A stretch of 64,000 nucleotides of DNA from contig CP110439.1 of assembly GCA_026914245.1 (NCBI GenBank), positions 6,882,001 to 6,946,000 on the forward strand, given 5' to 3'. This document shows positions 63,362-64,000 of the stretch, piece after piece. Within the stretch, counting starts at the first letter, position 1; each line of letters begins with the position of its first letter. Both the position numbers and the translations under genes were made by a program. The DNA comes from Puccinia triticina (taxonomy: Eukaryota). The notes beneath the pieces were generated by a model, which was not told the DNA's origin, did not search any database, and worked only from the letters and a program-made list of their open reading frames with translations.

Positions 63362-64000
63362 TAGAACTTTACTTGAGTGGCTTTGTTAAGCTAGCCTTCC
63401 ACAGATATTGGATATTTTATCTTTTAGTGATGTGTGAATGGCAAGCCATGAAATGCCACCAGAAACACATTCCAGATTGTGTAGATTTTCAGTTGTGGCC
63501 AACACTGGGTAGTTACAATATGCTACAATAACCGCAGTTATATGCATAGAATAATACCTGCCGTTAATATTATTTGGTGTTATTGCTAAAATTAACAAGC
63601 ATTTTGTGACCTGACCTTTATTTTATTGGGGCCAGTTTTTTATTGTTTTACTAGTACAATAACACACTATGAGTGAGATAAAAGTGTAGCAAGCAGTAAA
63701 CAAACCTGTCTGGCCAAACGTTTGTCAAATATCTGCTCTTTCACCCAGTGGATATTGTATACAGCTGTGGAAATGCAAAGTTCCATGATGGGTGATATTT
63801 TATTGCATCTTTGTTACTACCAACAGTAACAATAACTGAGCAAAAATTGCTACAGTACTGTTAGAGCATCTTTACCAGTGGCTAGTTTAGCTTGTAGCTA
63901 GCTACACACTGGGGGTACTCCTTACCGCCTTGGATTGTGGATACAACAGGCAACACCTGCTCTGTGAAAACTGTGTGGAAATCACTGTGCCCCGTTGGCG

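Overview
Eukaryotic, intron-rich, transposon-saturated DNA, most consistent with a rust fungus (Pucciniales, probably Puccinia); the taxon is inferred from short GT-AG introns, gene families and TE types. Positions 1-54 kb are a nested TE landscape. It holds a ~16.2 kb Helitron (269-16458) with RepHel, two divergent OB-fold-like paralogues and an inserted young Copia element. Two non-autonomous Helitrons with the same termini carry host-gene fragments. There is also a 5 kb Tc1 element with a passenger gene, a decayed Gypsy pol, several solo LTRs (one family contains a tRNA-like gene) and many MITEs (Harbinger-, MULE-, hAT-, Tc1-like, plus a 7-bp-TSD family). Pseudogenes include an H+-ATPase, a sugar transporter, a glutamine synthetase-like gene, an alpha-kinase and a TET/JBP-like dioxygenase. 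Positions 54-62 kb are a host gene island: complex I 49-kDa subunit (NDUFS2), an Atg10-like E2, an Mpv17/PMP22 protein and a signal-peptide RING-H2 protein. All calls come from manual reading; no searches were run.
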